Source: Marsupella aquatica
Lineage: Eukaryota > Plantae > Marchantiophyta
Direction of reading: 5' to 3'
Assembly: GCA_973895155.1 (NCBI GenBank)
Contig: OZ316892.1
Coordinates: 6,679,251 to 6,743,250, forward strand
DNA: 64,000 bases
Part shown: positions 12,601 through 24,587 of the stretch, piece by piece
Position numbering within the stretch: position 1 is the stretch's first letter
How the letters are laid out: each line of letters starts with the position of its first letter
Made by a program: the position numbers and the translations under genes
Notes under the pieces: generated by a model
What the model saw: the letters and a program-made list of their open reading frames with translations, nothing else
Told to the model about the DNA's origin: nothing
The model's database searches: none

Positions 12601-14901
12601 AACGTGACGTTGGGAACATGACTCTGAATGAGTAAGAACTGGGAGCCAACTCTAATCGGGGAAAGGAATATAACTTTCTCAAATCGGTCCAGTTAGATAC
12701 TACCTGCGAGTGGCAAGGGTAGTATCTAATCAAAATGAAATTTACTACCCACTGCTGCACTGCATTCCAGTTTTCAGGTTGCTGTACTTTTCATTTTAAA
12801 TTGAAAAACAAGATGATTGGTCTGTTTCAATTGCCTTGAAAATTCAACTTCATGAAGAATAATGGTAAGAAAAGGGTAGTCCAATAAGGTAAGGTTCTTC
12901 TAATTGCTATGTGAAACTAGAGTTAGGGTCTGGATTTCTAGTGTAAAGCCTCTAGACAGGGATTCTAGGGACCCACCAAAATCTATCAGGATGATAAGAA
13001 AGAAGGGGACTATGTAGGTCAAAATGATGGTCATGCATGATGATTTTGTCACCATTTTTATTAACATTCAAAGAATGGGCATTCATGCTCATAAACACAA
13101 ATAAAAAATGTATATTGATAAGAAAAGGGTAATCCATTTCCACAATTATTGGTCTCTTGCTTTTGGGATATTGTCTCCGGGTTTGGTGCTTTTTGTTCTT
13201 GGCAATGATATTTTAATATGGTGTTACCTAGTTAGGGTGCCTATTCAGGTTACTTTGTCATAGTCAGATTTATATTAAATTTATTTGTTTCAGTTTTTAT
13301 TAGACGGTGCAACTTTTGTATTACTGGACTTTGAAATTGTTCCCCCCCCCCCTTCCTGTTTTCATTTTTTTCAAGACCCCTCTGTAGGTCTATGTTTTTC
13401 TTTGAATTTTTCAATCTTGCCCATCCTTGTTAGAGTATGTTATGTTCATCCTCATATTTGAGTTATATCAAACTAATATTTCATATGAGAGGTGTCTCTA
13501 AACCCTAAGCTATGTCTTACCAAGATGTGTGAAATGCAAGGAGTGTGAGGGATAAATTATTCAAGATAATGTCAACTCCTCCTTTTTTAATTACTCACCG
13601 TTTTATTGTATGCTTATGCGTTTGAGTGAGTTTCATGTCGCTAACACATGACTAATGTACCAAGTCAACCAACACTAATATATCCTTGCTTAGCATCTTG
13701 GCTCATCTAAAAAGTTCATCCCAACTCGAAAAAGGATTGTATATTTTTGGGAATAATTATAATTTATACAAAAGTACGAAGGGAACGCGAAATATGTCCA
13801 AAGAGGACAAACAGCAAACATAAAAAGAGGGAAATGCAACCCTGAAAATCAAAAGAGAAGAACTAACATCAGAGTTTTTTGAAGGGAGACACTAAAAGAC
13901 AAGCTACTTTGATTTCTTTTGGTGGATGGCCTTGCCTTAAGTTTACTCTTTGTTTGTTCCTCTGTGTAAGTTATTGTCCTTACTTATCTTTAAAAAATTG
14001 TTTTACTGATTTCTCTTGATAGGACAATCTTAAAAGCTTTTTTAATACCAGTTGGGGAGGGTTGCTTGAAGTTGGAGCACCCTTAAACCTTATGGAGAGA
14101 ATAGTGCTATCGTATAAACACAAGGAATAATAATAAGGTAAAGAAGAAGACGAGAACAGAGTGGCTGTCCATTGCCATGTCTCTCTGCCCCCTCCCCTCT
14201 GATTGGGCATAGTGCCGTCAGGATCCTGTCTCCTGATCTGGCGCTTTTTGTTCTTCGTCAGTACATATAGAGAGAAGGGTACTGTAGTATAGACACAAAC
14301 ACAAAGAATAATAGTCAAAGAAGGGTAGTCAAAGAAGGGGTACAAGACCCAAAGAGGTTTGTTTTTTACTGTGAAATTCAACTTCACTAACACAAAAAAA
14401 AAAAGAAAAAAAAAAAAGAAAAAAAAGAGAAAAGGGTAGTCCTAGGTGCACGACAAGACCCAAATACACTTCACAAACACAATGAACAGTACTACCAAGA
14501 GAAGGGTAGTCCAGAGTTTAAGACATAAATGCCTTACCACTTACCCTACATGGCGCAACACTAGAAAAATACATTGGGACAACGTGACTCACCATCTTTC
14601 CCAACATGACCCAACATTAACAAAAACCCTTGACAAGACCTATCTATAGTATAACTCACAATTGAAAGCTATCATCTCTATATATTAGACATTTATTCTT
14701 GAGTCGAGTTATTTGGAAATTGTAGTTTGTCTAATTATGTATTTGATTATGTCACTACTATATTCTACAGGACTTACTGTAGCTTGTGAATGAAACTGAC
14801 ATATTGTTACAAAGTCAACTGAGAGATAAAATGGACTTAGTTTATGGACACTCTATTTCACCAATAGACCTAGAGTTCAGTGAAACTAAAGTTCAAGATT
14901 C

Positions 14902-15027
14902 TTAAACTATGCTTGTGAGTAGAGCCGCACTCCCCAATAGGCCATCATTTTGCTGGTAATTTTTTAAACTATGCTTGTGAGTAGAGACGCACTCCCCAAT
15001 ACGCCCTCATTTTGCTGGTAATTTTTT
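14902..15027. repeat. 62-bp direct tandem duplication (2 copies)
   Basis: AAACTATGCTTGTGAGTAGAG.CGCACTCCCCAATA...TCATTTTGCTGGTAATTTTTT at 14904 and 14966. Confidence 0.9.
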
Positions 15028-17551
15028 ACGGACCCCACTAGAGGTCCCTTCCAAAATTCCTGGCACCAGAGCGTGCCATGTCAACAACAACCGCAACAAA
15101 CAAGACTCGTCGGTTTTATGAATCAAATTTACAGTTTTCCTTCGTGTTTGCGTCAATTTGGATGTAAATTTTGGGACGTCATGTCGTAAAAAGAAATGTA
15201 AAATAATTAGAAATGCAAAGAGCAAGACGGTTAAAGCTGTCACTATGTAACCGTTTTAGTTACATTTCCAATTTTAAAACTTCAATTCAAAGATTTATAA
15301 AAAGTATTTTTCATATAATAAATAATGGCTAGTAACTAACTTGATAACTTCCTTGTTAAAGGGTAATTGGCACCTAGAGTAAGATTTCCGGCCCAATGCA
15401 ATCAAGGGAAACTGCTAGCCATGGTCCTAACTTGAACATTGAACAACCTGGTACAATTCATTTGATCAAACATTCATTTAATTACAAATGAATTTGTCAC
15501 ACATTGAATTCTGACTCTTGTAGCTTGAGAATGTGGTAGCATGTAGCGAAAAACTTGATTTTGACAACTGCTTGTGATAACCATGCTGTCAATTAGCCAA
15601 GGGGTCCACGAACTAATTTTCTTTATATTTACACTCTATACTTGTTAGTAGGGATCATCAAGGAGGTCATGAGAAGCCCTTCCTGTGCAACCAATTGTGT
15701 GCAACCAATTGGGTATTGGGGCTGGTAAACATCATATGTACTGGTATTTGGGCTAGGAAACACAAACACAACTACATTACTACAAGAAGTGAAAGGGGTA
15801 AGATCCAAAGAGACTCAATTAAACGAGGCTCAAAATGATGTCCTTTTGGTTGCTCGATAAAGCTTTCCTGTAGGGCTTTCCCGCCCAGGTTTTCAAATTA
15901 ACCACACTCTCTCCAAATCAATTCAGACTTGTATTCTGACAAAATAGGCTGTACAGGACTTCTAAGTGGAACAATCGGTACAGCACAGAACGGTTTGTAG
16001 TTTGTCAATTCAACTAGACTGATTGATGAGATCCTCAGACTTTCTTTTCCGGAGTTTGAGGACGATGAATTCATGACTGGAATAGGACGCACGATGCTAC
16101 AACAATTTTCAGTCTCCATGGCGTAGTTTTGAATACAGGAAAGAAGAAGTAGCCGAGTAATATGCAGCACTGTACCTTTGCAATCACAAGAAAGATATGG
16201 GGACTGATGTACATTATTTGGAGTGTGAACAAGCCGTAGATTTACGACTTTAATCGGTACGAGAAACGTCGTCGTCGGAAGTATCATAGACTTTGGACGA
16301 AGTGAACGTTCCGATGTTAAGACATAAGGCAGACTAGAGCGAGGTATCACATTCCCCTTGGAGAGTGACCATGTTTTGTGCTCATACCCATTCCGCTCAG
16401 AAGCATTGAAATTCCCCAGGCCACGGATAAGATACCGAAATCCTATGACATTTACTGTAGGGATCACTCTCACAGAATCCATCGTACCCATTCATTATCG
16501 CTGAGACTGATTCGCACAGGAGAGTGAACCATTCCCTGAGACTGTACCGACTTGTTTAGTGACTTCCTTCCGTGGACAATTCCCATACCCTCATTTGTTA
16601 TCACATGCTCCGGTGAGCATCCCAGTCAGGACTCCATCTCTTCAACACGCTTGAAATTACGAGTTTTGGGTGAGCGGAATAATGCAAATTCTTCAGGATC
16701 GAGTGCGCACAGTCCGCTCCACGGAAGCTGCCCATGCACCATAATTCTCTGGAGAAACAAAACGGCCCAACTCAGACAAATTCAAAGAATATTTGACCCT
16801 AGAAGTTTTCTAGTATAATAGCCCCGGAGCACAATCTTGCTGCACCAAAAAGTCCGTGGGGGTCTTGGGACATGAGCTCGGAAAGCCGGGGCGAAAGACA
16901 ATAGAGAGGCACACACGTCGAAGATGGGGAGTTAGAAAAAAATAGACCTTCATGGTGGGAATTAAGATCACACAATCACTCTCAAGGAAGTGTCTACAGC
17001 GGTTTGATTGCTGCACCCAGAATACATGCCTATTGCACGAGCACCAACGACCAAAATCAGCAGAAATATTACAAGGCCTCCTCAAATCTCGGAATAATGG
17101 GCATCATCATTTACAAACCGCCCCTACAAACTACTCCACGATAGACCCTTCAAATTCCACCTCTCTCGAGCTCAATTCCATGCTCATCCACAACAGCGAT
17201 CCTTAGTCTGCGTTTGAAGCCCTCGGAATCTCGGATCACCCCAGGTCCATCATTTCATCGACGATCCTGTCCTTCTCGCGGCTCATCAAACATCATGTCG
17301 TCAAAATAATTCCCCTCCCCAAGCCATACTCGCTCTCCCCCAAGCCGAGTCCAGTAGCTGTTGCCGCTGCTGCTCCTGCTGCCGTCTGCCTGCCTTCCTA
17401 TATACTACTGTTGCATTTCACTAAAAATCTTTCGTCCGTCGTCCATGCAGAATGAAGGAAAAGTTCTGGACACATACGTGCAGCTGTTCCATGTAATCCC
17501 AACCTCCAACACTCAGAACTCACCCCTCTATTCTGATGAGAAGCCGTCTGC

Positions 17552-18439
17552 CTAGTTGCTTGGGGGAACTCCAGGGGACGAAGTGGGCTGTGACCACATT
17601 TGCTGCATAGGTTGCATACCTTGCTGAGGCATGTAAGGCATCGTGGGAGGGCGGACCTGCTGAGCGTACATGGAAGGGTCCATCGGCATTCCTGGCCTTC
17701 CCACCATCATTGCTTGCTGCCCCATCATGTTGGGCTGCTGTTGCTGCATCGCAGGGCCCCCTTGTTGCTGCCCCGCCGCAACGTAATACATCCCTCCGTA
17801 GGGAAGAGCATCGGTAGGAGTGCCGACAGGGAGAGCTGCACGCGAAACGCCCCCGAGGGCACCTTCGTCCTTGAGCTCGTCGCGAGGAACAATGTCCACC
17901 AAAAAGTCGAAGATATCGGTCCGGGTGATGGCCGCCGCGATGTCATTCTTCTGGAGCGTTCTGCGTTTGTTCTCCTCGGTGTGAATCCAAGACCTGAGCG
18001 TCAATTCGAGAATGAACATTTCGCAAGCCTTGGCAAAGAGCACAGGGGCCTCGGCGGATATCATCCTTACGTCCTCGTCCGCCTTCATTATTTTCTTGAT
18101 GCGCGCTAACGGGAGCTGGTGGGTTTTGAAGTCATTCACCTGCTCAATTTCTTGCATTTGAGTGTGCCAAAACATTTGTAGCTGCTGCTGGTGCTGTTGC
18201 TGCAGATGCTGGTAGCTCACTTGCTGTTGGAGAGCACCTGGATACGGGCCCTGAGGACCTCCTTGTTGTCCTCCGGAACCCGGACCTCCGGGTTGGGGAG
18301 GCACTCCCGGTGAACTTTGGGGATAAGCACCTTGTTGCATCTGCTGTTGCATCTGAGGATTCTGTGCCATTTGCTGGTACTGCATTTGCTGTTGTCCCTG
18401 CATCATGCCAATTGGCTGCTGCGCCATTTGGTGCTCCAT
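17552..18439 (-). CDS. NF-YC: Nuclear transcription factor Y subunit C (HAP5/CBF-C), 295 aa, intronless CDS
   Basis: Canonical histone-fold core [86 protein letters not shown], preceded by QQQLQMFW, with Q/P/M-rich N- and C-terminal regions; ATG to TAG open. Confidence 0.97.
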   Translation of the reverse strand: MEHQMAQQPIGMMQGQQQMQYQQMAQNPQMQQQMQQGAYPQSSPGVPPQPGGPGSGGQQGGPQGPYPGALQQQVSYQHLQQQHQQQLQMFWHTQMQEIEQVNDFKTHQLPLARIKKIMKADEDVRMISAEAPVLFAKACEMFILELTLRSWIHTEENKRRTLQKNDIAAAITRTDIFDFLVDIVPRDELKDEGALGGVSRAALPVGTPTDALPYGGMYYVAAGQQQGGPAMQQQQPNMMGQQAMMVGRPGMPMDPSMYAQQVRPPTMPYMPQQGMQPMQQMWSQPTSSPGVPPSN

Positions 18440-18531
18440 TCTATTCTCCCAAGAAGACCACTCTAGTTTATCCCCTCGGCCACTCTCTCCTTGTCCCTAA
18501 CCTTCCCACCCCCAAAATCCACCAGCAGACC

Positions 18532-19015
18532 CTGACAGAGCCTTTCTTCGTATCTCAAACTACTATTCGAAAAAACAGTGTCGACGAATTAGCGGGAATC
18601 CAATCTCCGTTAAAGGATATGAATTGAAACACAAAAGTTGGGACGACGAATGAGACGTCCCGACTCTCGTCTTCGGAAGGCTCCGCGCGCACCTGTCCGT
18701 GACGCTTACTCCCTACTCACTCCCAACTCGTCAAAGTAACAGAAGGTAGGTCTCTGCAGACAATACACTCTTCAGAATCAAATCACTACAAACGTTCGAC
18801 TCACAGACGCTCTAATTCGACTATCTTTTGTGCCGGAAGAGGACGGGCCGACAATTTCCTCGGACCCATTCCGATTTTCCAAAAGAGTCCGACGAGGTCC
18901 ATTTCAAACCGTTAGTCCATTTGAAATACCATATCCTCGTCGGAACATGAGCAAATACTGTACGAAACGAACAGTAACGACGAGATATTGCAAGGTCGAT
19001 ACTGAAGTAACTTAC
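18532..19015 (-). other. Predicted 5' UTR intron of NF-YC
   Basis: Consensus donor ATG|GTAAGT at 19015 and acceptor CTCTGTCAG|G at 18532, 92 nt upstream of the main ATG; no transcript evidence. Confidence 0.45.
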
Positions 19016-19811
19016 CATTAGAGTGTAACGAGAAAGGTATCGTGAGCCGAAAACTTGCAGAACGAAAATCTGAAGAATCTCCCTATTTGTCACCCTTTCA
19101 GCCCTCGCACACACATCCACTCTCCACTGTTCTCTCGTTCACCCCAGCAAAGGGAGCGGAAGCTGTCGGTCGAAAGAGGCAGCACAATAAACAGCCATAG
19201 CCGTGAGAGCCATAGCTAGAGTCCACTCCAGAGCACAACAGCAGCAGGCCGCAGCTGCAGAAGTGGAAAACTGAATAGGAGAAGGCTCCTTCGCACATTC
19301 CCTAAATCATCCGAAACACCAAAGGAACCGACTTCGACCCAACGAAGGACACCAGCTCCTCTCTCCTCCCTCGCACCCGCCCGCCTTCCTCTTCTGCTTC
19401 CTCTTCCTCTCCCTTTGCCGGGAGGGGAGTTAAAATAGAGCGAGAAGATTGAAACAAATCGCAAGATACTCGTCCTAACTTAGACGAGAGGAGTGGGCAA
19501 CGTTTCTAGAAAGATGGGCACATGGATTCCTCCTCTGTCCGGGAGGGACGGACCTGTAGAGCCTCAGAAGCTGTAGAAGGAAGAGTTCAAACGACTCCAG
19601 CCGAGAACACACTAACGGAGTCGACGACAGGAGATAAAGATTGCTTCTAGGACGCCATGGGAAGTAACATCATCACCTTCTTCTTCTGAGTGGATAACGC
19701 CCTCCCTCTCTCCCCCTCCTTCCTCCCGACCCCGTAGCCCACTCCCCTCTGATAGAAAGGCAACAACAGACGCAGTCACTCATACAAGTCAAACATTATT
19801 ATTCGCCGTCA

Positions 19812-19969
19812 CCAATCCGAACCCAACTCGTATCACTCTCCGTCAACAATCCAAGCCACACTCATCACATCGCTCACCGCAGCAGAACTCTCTGTCTCTC
19901 GCCCGTTTGAGCTTATTGGCACTCTCGCTTGGGAGACTCGTATTGCAATTGGTGCTCATGACATCCAAT
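19812..19969. promoter_or_regulatory. Cluster of four CCAAT boxes upstream of NF-YC
   Basis: CCAAT at 19812 and 19965, ATTGG at 19915 and 19948. Confidence 0.45.
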
Positions 19970-20384
19970 CCGTATCGCATTCATGATTCATTCCGATTTC
20001 TGCGAGTCGAGTCGCAGTCTTCCCACCCGGAAGTACATCGCGCTCTCGATCTCGTCTTCTTTCCGAATTCTTTCCGTGATCAGCCTGTGAGAAAGGGGAG
20101 ACGACGACGACATTGCCAGAATCCTCCGTTTCTTCCTGTGATCCTTTGATCCTTTCTGCGTGCCTTTTTCGTCTTCGTGAGTTCACTGTTCGGGCGGGTA
20201 GATAGGAAAGACCCACTGAAAAGTAGATAGAAATGTAGATAGACAGAGGAAGCGTCATGAAGATTGAGGAGTCATAGTGAGGACGCCGTTTTCGTTTTGT
20301 TGTTTTCCTTCTCGTCGCGCTTTCGACGGAGCTTCCTTTCCTTCTCTTTTCTTTCCTCGTCCTGTCGCTCTCCGCTCTGCTCTG

Positions 20385-22505
20385 AGTCACTTTGCTGTCA
20401 CTTTGCCTGTCTACACTGTCAGCGGACGCCGGATTTTACAGTCCTGTCGTGGCTTTACTATTCTTGCAGCACTTGGCCTTACCTTACAGTGCTTAACTTA
20501 CAGCGTCAGCGTCTAGGGTAGACACTACGGTAGGCAGCCCTGCTAGGCGTTTCACAGTTTTACACTGTCAGCGGAGGCCGGATTTACCTTCCTATCTTGG
20601 CTTTACTTCTTTTGCATCACTTGGCCTTACCGTACAGCAGCAGCGTAGCCCTGCCTGACATCACTTTGCGTTCGTATATTCTGTCAGAAAAGCAAGTTAT
20701 TGGTATGTAAATGTTTCTAGAGACCCTTGCGATTTACATAATCTGTTGCTAAAAAATAGACTTTTTCTTTTTACAAAGATTTTAGAAAGATTACCTGCTA
20801 TAAGCAGGTCTAGGCAGAGATCCTAACTTGACCCCTGTGACCAGGAAGCTCCAAAACCTTACCTAGTAACCCCAGACCAGATCTACATTATCTTATAAAT
20901 ATTTTAAACTCTCAATAGAGGCTGGATTTTACCACCCTCCTTTCTTGGTTTTACCTTTCTTTGCCTTACTTTACAGCTTCAGCTTGTAGGGTAGGCAGCT
21001 GTGCTTGGAGTCAGTTTGCGTTTATACTTTACACTGTCAGTGGAGACCGGATTTTATCGTCCGGGCCTTACTTTATTGCATCTCTTTGCCTTATTTTAGC
21101 GTCAGCATTAAGGGTAGATTTACCATTCTATCTCAGCGCTGTTTGGCGTCACGTTGCTGTCACTTTGCCTTAATTAATTAAATAAACATTGTCAGCCAAG
21201 GCTCGATTTTATCATCCTATCTCGGCTTTAATTTTGTTGCATCACTTTGCTTTCATTTTGCCTTTCTAAACAGTGTCAGCATTTTAGGGTATAGTTACTG
21301 TCTTATCGGAGCCCTGCTTGGCATCATTTTGCTGTCATTTTGCCTCAAATTTGAATTGTCATCCGGAGGTCGGATTTTTCCATCCTATCTTGCCTTTACT
21401 TATTTGCATCACTTTCTTCTGCCTTACTTTACAGTATCAGCATTTTTGGGTAGAATTACTGTCGTATCTCAGACCTACTTGGCGTCACTTTTCAGTCACT
21501 GTGCCATCCCTTTACACTGTCATTGGAGGCTGGTTTTGTCACTCTATCTCGGCTTTACTTTTTGCATCACTTTGCTTTCCTTGCCTGACTTTATAGTGTC
21601 AGAATTTAGGATAGGTTTACTGTCTTATCCCAGCCCTACATGGAGTCAGTTTGCTGTCAGTTTGCCTTACCTGTACACTGTCAGCAAAGGGTGGATTTTG
21701 TCATCCTATCTGGGCTTTGCTTGCATCACTTCCCTTACTTTAAGTGTCAGGATTTAGGATAGGTTTACTGTTTTATCTCAGCCCTAGTTGTTGTCACTTT
21801 GCTGTCACTGTGCCTTCACTTTACACGATCAGCAGAGGCTGAATTTTAACGCCCTATCTTGGCTTTATTTACTTTTTGCATAACTATGCTGGCGCTTTGC
21901 GTTAACTTTACAGTGTCAGCTGAGGCCAGATTTTTACCATCCTGTATCGAGTTTGCTCTTTCCATTCCTTTGCTGACAGGCCGCAACTATTTATAGTGTC
22001 AGCGGAGTCCAGACTTTAACCTCCCGTATCAGACGTCTTAGCGTCACTTTACTGGCACTTTGCCTTCCATTTACAGTGTCCTCGAAGTCCAAAATTATCA
22101 ACCTGAATGACCTTGCTTGGCATCATCTGCTTGCTCTCTGCCTTACTTTACAATGTCAGACTGTGGCTGATTTTTGATTGATGCCGTCTCTCGACCTTGT
22201 TCAGTTGTTTGGCAACCCTTGCTCGCACTTTGCCATACTTTACAGCGCCAGCGGTCAGCTGACTTTAATGTCCTATGTTGGGCCTCACTTTACTGGCACT
22301 TAGCACTTACTTTATTGTGTCAGCAGATGGCTGATTTTAATGTTGTACGTGCAACGCAGTCATCCTTGCTTGTAATCCCTTTGATGTCATTTTGATACTC
22401 AACAGTGTCGGCAGTTGGGTGAGTTTGTTGTCGTATCTTGGCCTTGCTTTGCATCCCTGATGTCAGTTTGCCTTAACGTACAGTGTCATCAGATGACTGA
22501 TCTTA
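20385..22505. repeat. Degenerate tandem array, about 24 monomers of about 80 bp, core TTACA(C/G)TGTCAGC; proximal part is an alternating A/B dimer (about 160 bp)
   Basis: Core at about 20412, 20498, 20560, 20970, 21029, 21095, 21185, 21269, 21352, 21429, 21512, 21590, 21673, 21739, 21821, 21908, 21991, 22071, 22148, 22239, 22312, 22401, 22478. A units continue GGAGGCCGGATTTT, B units ATTTAGGGTAG; interrupted by an unrelated insert at about 20688-20915. Confidence 0.9.
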
Positions 22506-22723
22506 CATACTACACTTCAAATGTTTGACCTCTTTCTCATTGCTGTAAGGGATGCCGAACTCGGCTTAGAGTGCATGACAGATATTACTTGATAGGGAAT
22601 CAAAAGAACACACAACTAAATCTGCCAGTACATACCACCAGCCCAAATACCCATACATGTGCACAGGAAGGGTTCGTTGAATTCAGATTACTCATATCCA
22701 TCCCAACTCACAAGTATAGTCTA

Positions 22724-22870
22724 AATATCAAAACTTGTTCTCTTAGTTGATAAATTATGGCATGTGGCTTCAGCTCTATAGAGAATGTCATGACCAATAT
22801 CAAAAATTGTTTTCTTACTTGAAAAATTATGGCATGTGGCTTCAGGTCTACAGAGAATGTTATGACCAAT
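22724..22870. repeat. About 73-bp direct tandem duplication (2 copies)
   Basis: AATATCAAAA.TTGTT.TCTTA.TTGA.AAATTATGGCATGTGGCTTCAG...AGAGAATGT.ATGACCAAT repeated. Confidence 0.85.
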
Positions 22871-24129
22871 AGTCTTCGATAGTGAATGATACTATAGATA
22901 CTTCTGTATCTATGCATCCCCTCATAAGATCATTATTTTCTCTTGCCCATTTTTATTGAAATGGTGTTCTGTCAAAAGTTTCTTGCATGGCAACAAGTTC
23001 AAACTCAAAGGGTTGCACAAGAACATACCTAATGTAAGGAGCCTCATCAACTAAAGTTGTTTTGATCTTACTAGCCACCTTATTAATACAGGTCTATGCG
23101 CTATGATGACCTACAAATGCATTGATTAGAAATATCATATAGGGATCCTAAACCTATGTTGGCCATGATCTGCCTTGGACCTTAAAATATACATTATTTT
23201 GGGTGATTCATTTTTTGTAAATAGATCTAAGAGGGTCTAGTACATAATCGCTAGGAACCGTGTACTAATAGAAGTTAGATATATCTCAGTTATATTTGCA
23301 ATTTTTTAAAACATATTCCCTAATATCTTTTTTTTTATAAACTAAAACAGGTCATTATAGATGAAAGTAATTAAAGAGTTTTCCAAATTAGGATACAGTT
23401 ACGCTTGGTATCCAACAATGCACACTTACAATCTCGCAAGGGATAGACATTTGACTGGAAACTTATTTCCGTCCAATGGACTACTTTTTAAGTAAATTTG
23501 TCGCTCTAGGGTAGTGGATCTTAGGCATTTTGTTAGCTCTCCTAGAGATCACTTTGGGACCATACCTAGTGGCATTGCCCTTTCCTTTTTGTGATGTATT
23601 GGGATGCCCTCTCCTTGTCATACATGCTATGTATTTGTGTTTGGCTTCATCTTAGTGGAAAACAAATACAAATCTGTAAAGCAAGCTATAGTTTTGTCCA
23701 TAATTATCATTAGCTATGGCTGAAATTTCATAATTTATGAATTCGCAATTCAAGAATAAGCTACCCAACCATTGGCAAGTTTAGCAGTTTCAAAACACAT
23801 CTAGGCAATACAGTCCCTAGAAACTTGCACAAATACCTTATTGAGAATCAAACGCTTGATTATTCCTGTGCTAGCAACCTTTGCTTTGCCATGTACTTAA
23901 TGTAAGTCTCTGAATATGTTCCCAACATGATGAAAGTCAACAAACTTGCTTGGCCTAGATTCATAGCTTGTGTTGTAGTTTGCTACTCTCCACTTTGTCC
24001 ATCCATGAGCTCTCTTTCCTTCACTTGCATCCTCCACTAAGTCAAATGTTGATCAAAGCCTAGCCTTCTACTGTGGGAGATACAATGGGGATGCAAATTG
24101 GGATACCAAAATTATCTAAATATCCCATA

Positions 24130-24587
24130 TTTTAGGGTGTTTATTACCCTAAAACATTGCGGGTGATATCAGACCCCTATAACGCAAGAGTCTGGAGGTA
24201 AGTGCACTATGGATAAGTACATTTGGTGGACAACATTATGAAAACTCAAAAATAATGTTTTTGAGTCATGCCATCCACTCCTCGGGGGCCTCAATCCAAG
24301 GGGTGTCTCATATCACGCTCTAAGTTTTGGGGGAATAAACACCCTAAAAGTTAAGTCAATAAAGTTTTTTTTAGGAATTTTTTTACCCCTGACTTAATGG
24401 AATATTCCAAGAATATTTCCATATTTGATTTTAAAAAATCCTATGATTCTTATAATTCTCAAAATTGGATTAAAATAACCCTAATGTTCTTCAACAAAAA
24501 TTTAAAAGTATTTCACTAAACCCAATAAAAAAACCCTATACTTATTCGCGCGTGATGGGTTGGAAGAAAAGAAGTGAGGACCCCGGG
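24130..24587 (+). repeat. Dispersed repeat family A, copy 2, with internal inverted repeat
   Basis: 24283-24587 matches 10665-10962; TTTTAGGGTGTTTATTACCCTAAAAC (24130-24155) is the inverse of GTTTTGGGGGAATAAACACCCTAAAA (24324-24349). Confidence 0.7.

Noticed and set aside
15898-16491. 197-aa minus-strand ORF downstream of NF-YC
   Set aside because: No recognisable domain; lies in the probable 3' UTR or 3' intron region; cannot be supported as a gene
17600-18109. 169-aa plus-strand ORF
   Set aside because: Antisense shadow of the GC-rich NF-YC CDS
20385-22505. CRISPR-like array or V(D)J RSS-like heptamers (ACAGTG)
   Set aside because: The sequences between cores are homologous to each other rather than unique spacers, there are no cas genes, the context is a plant nuclear genome, and there is no CACAGTG plus nonamer at 12/23 spacing
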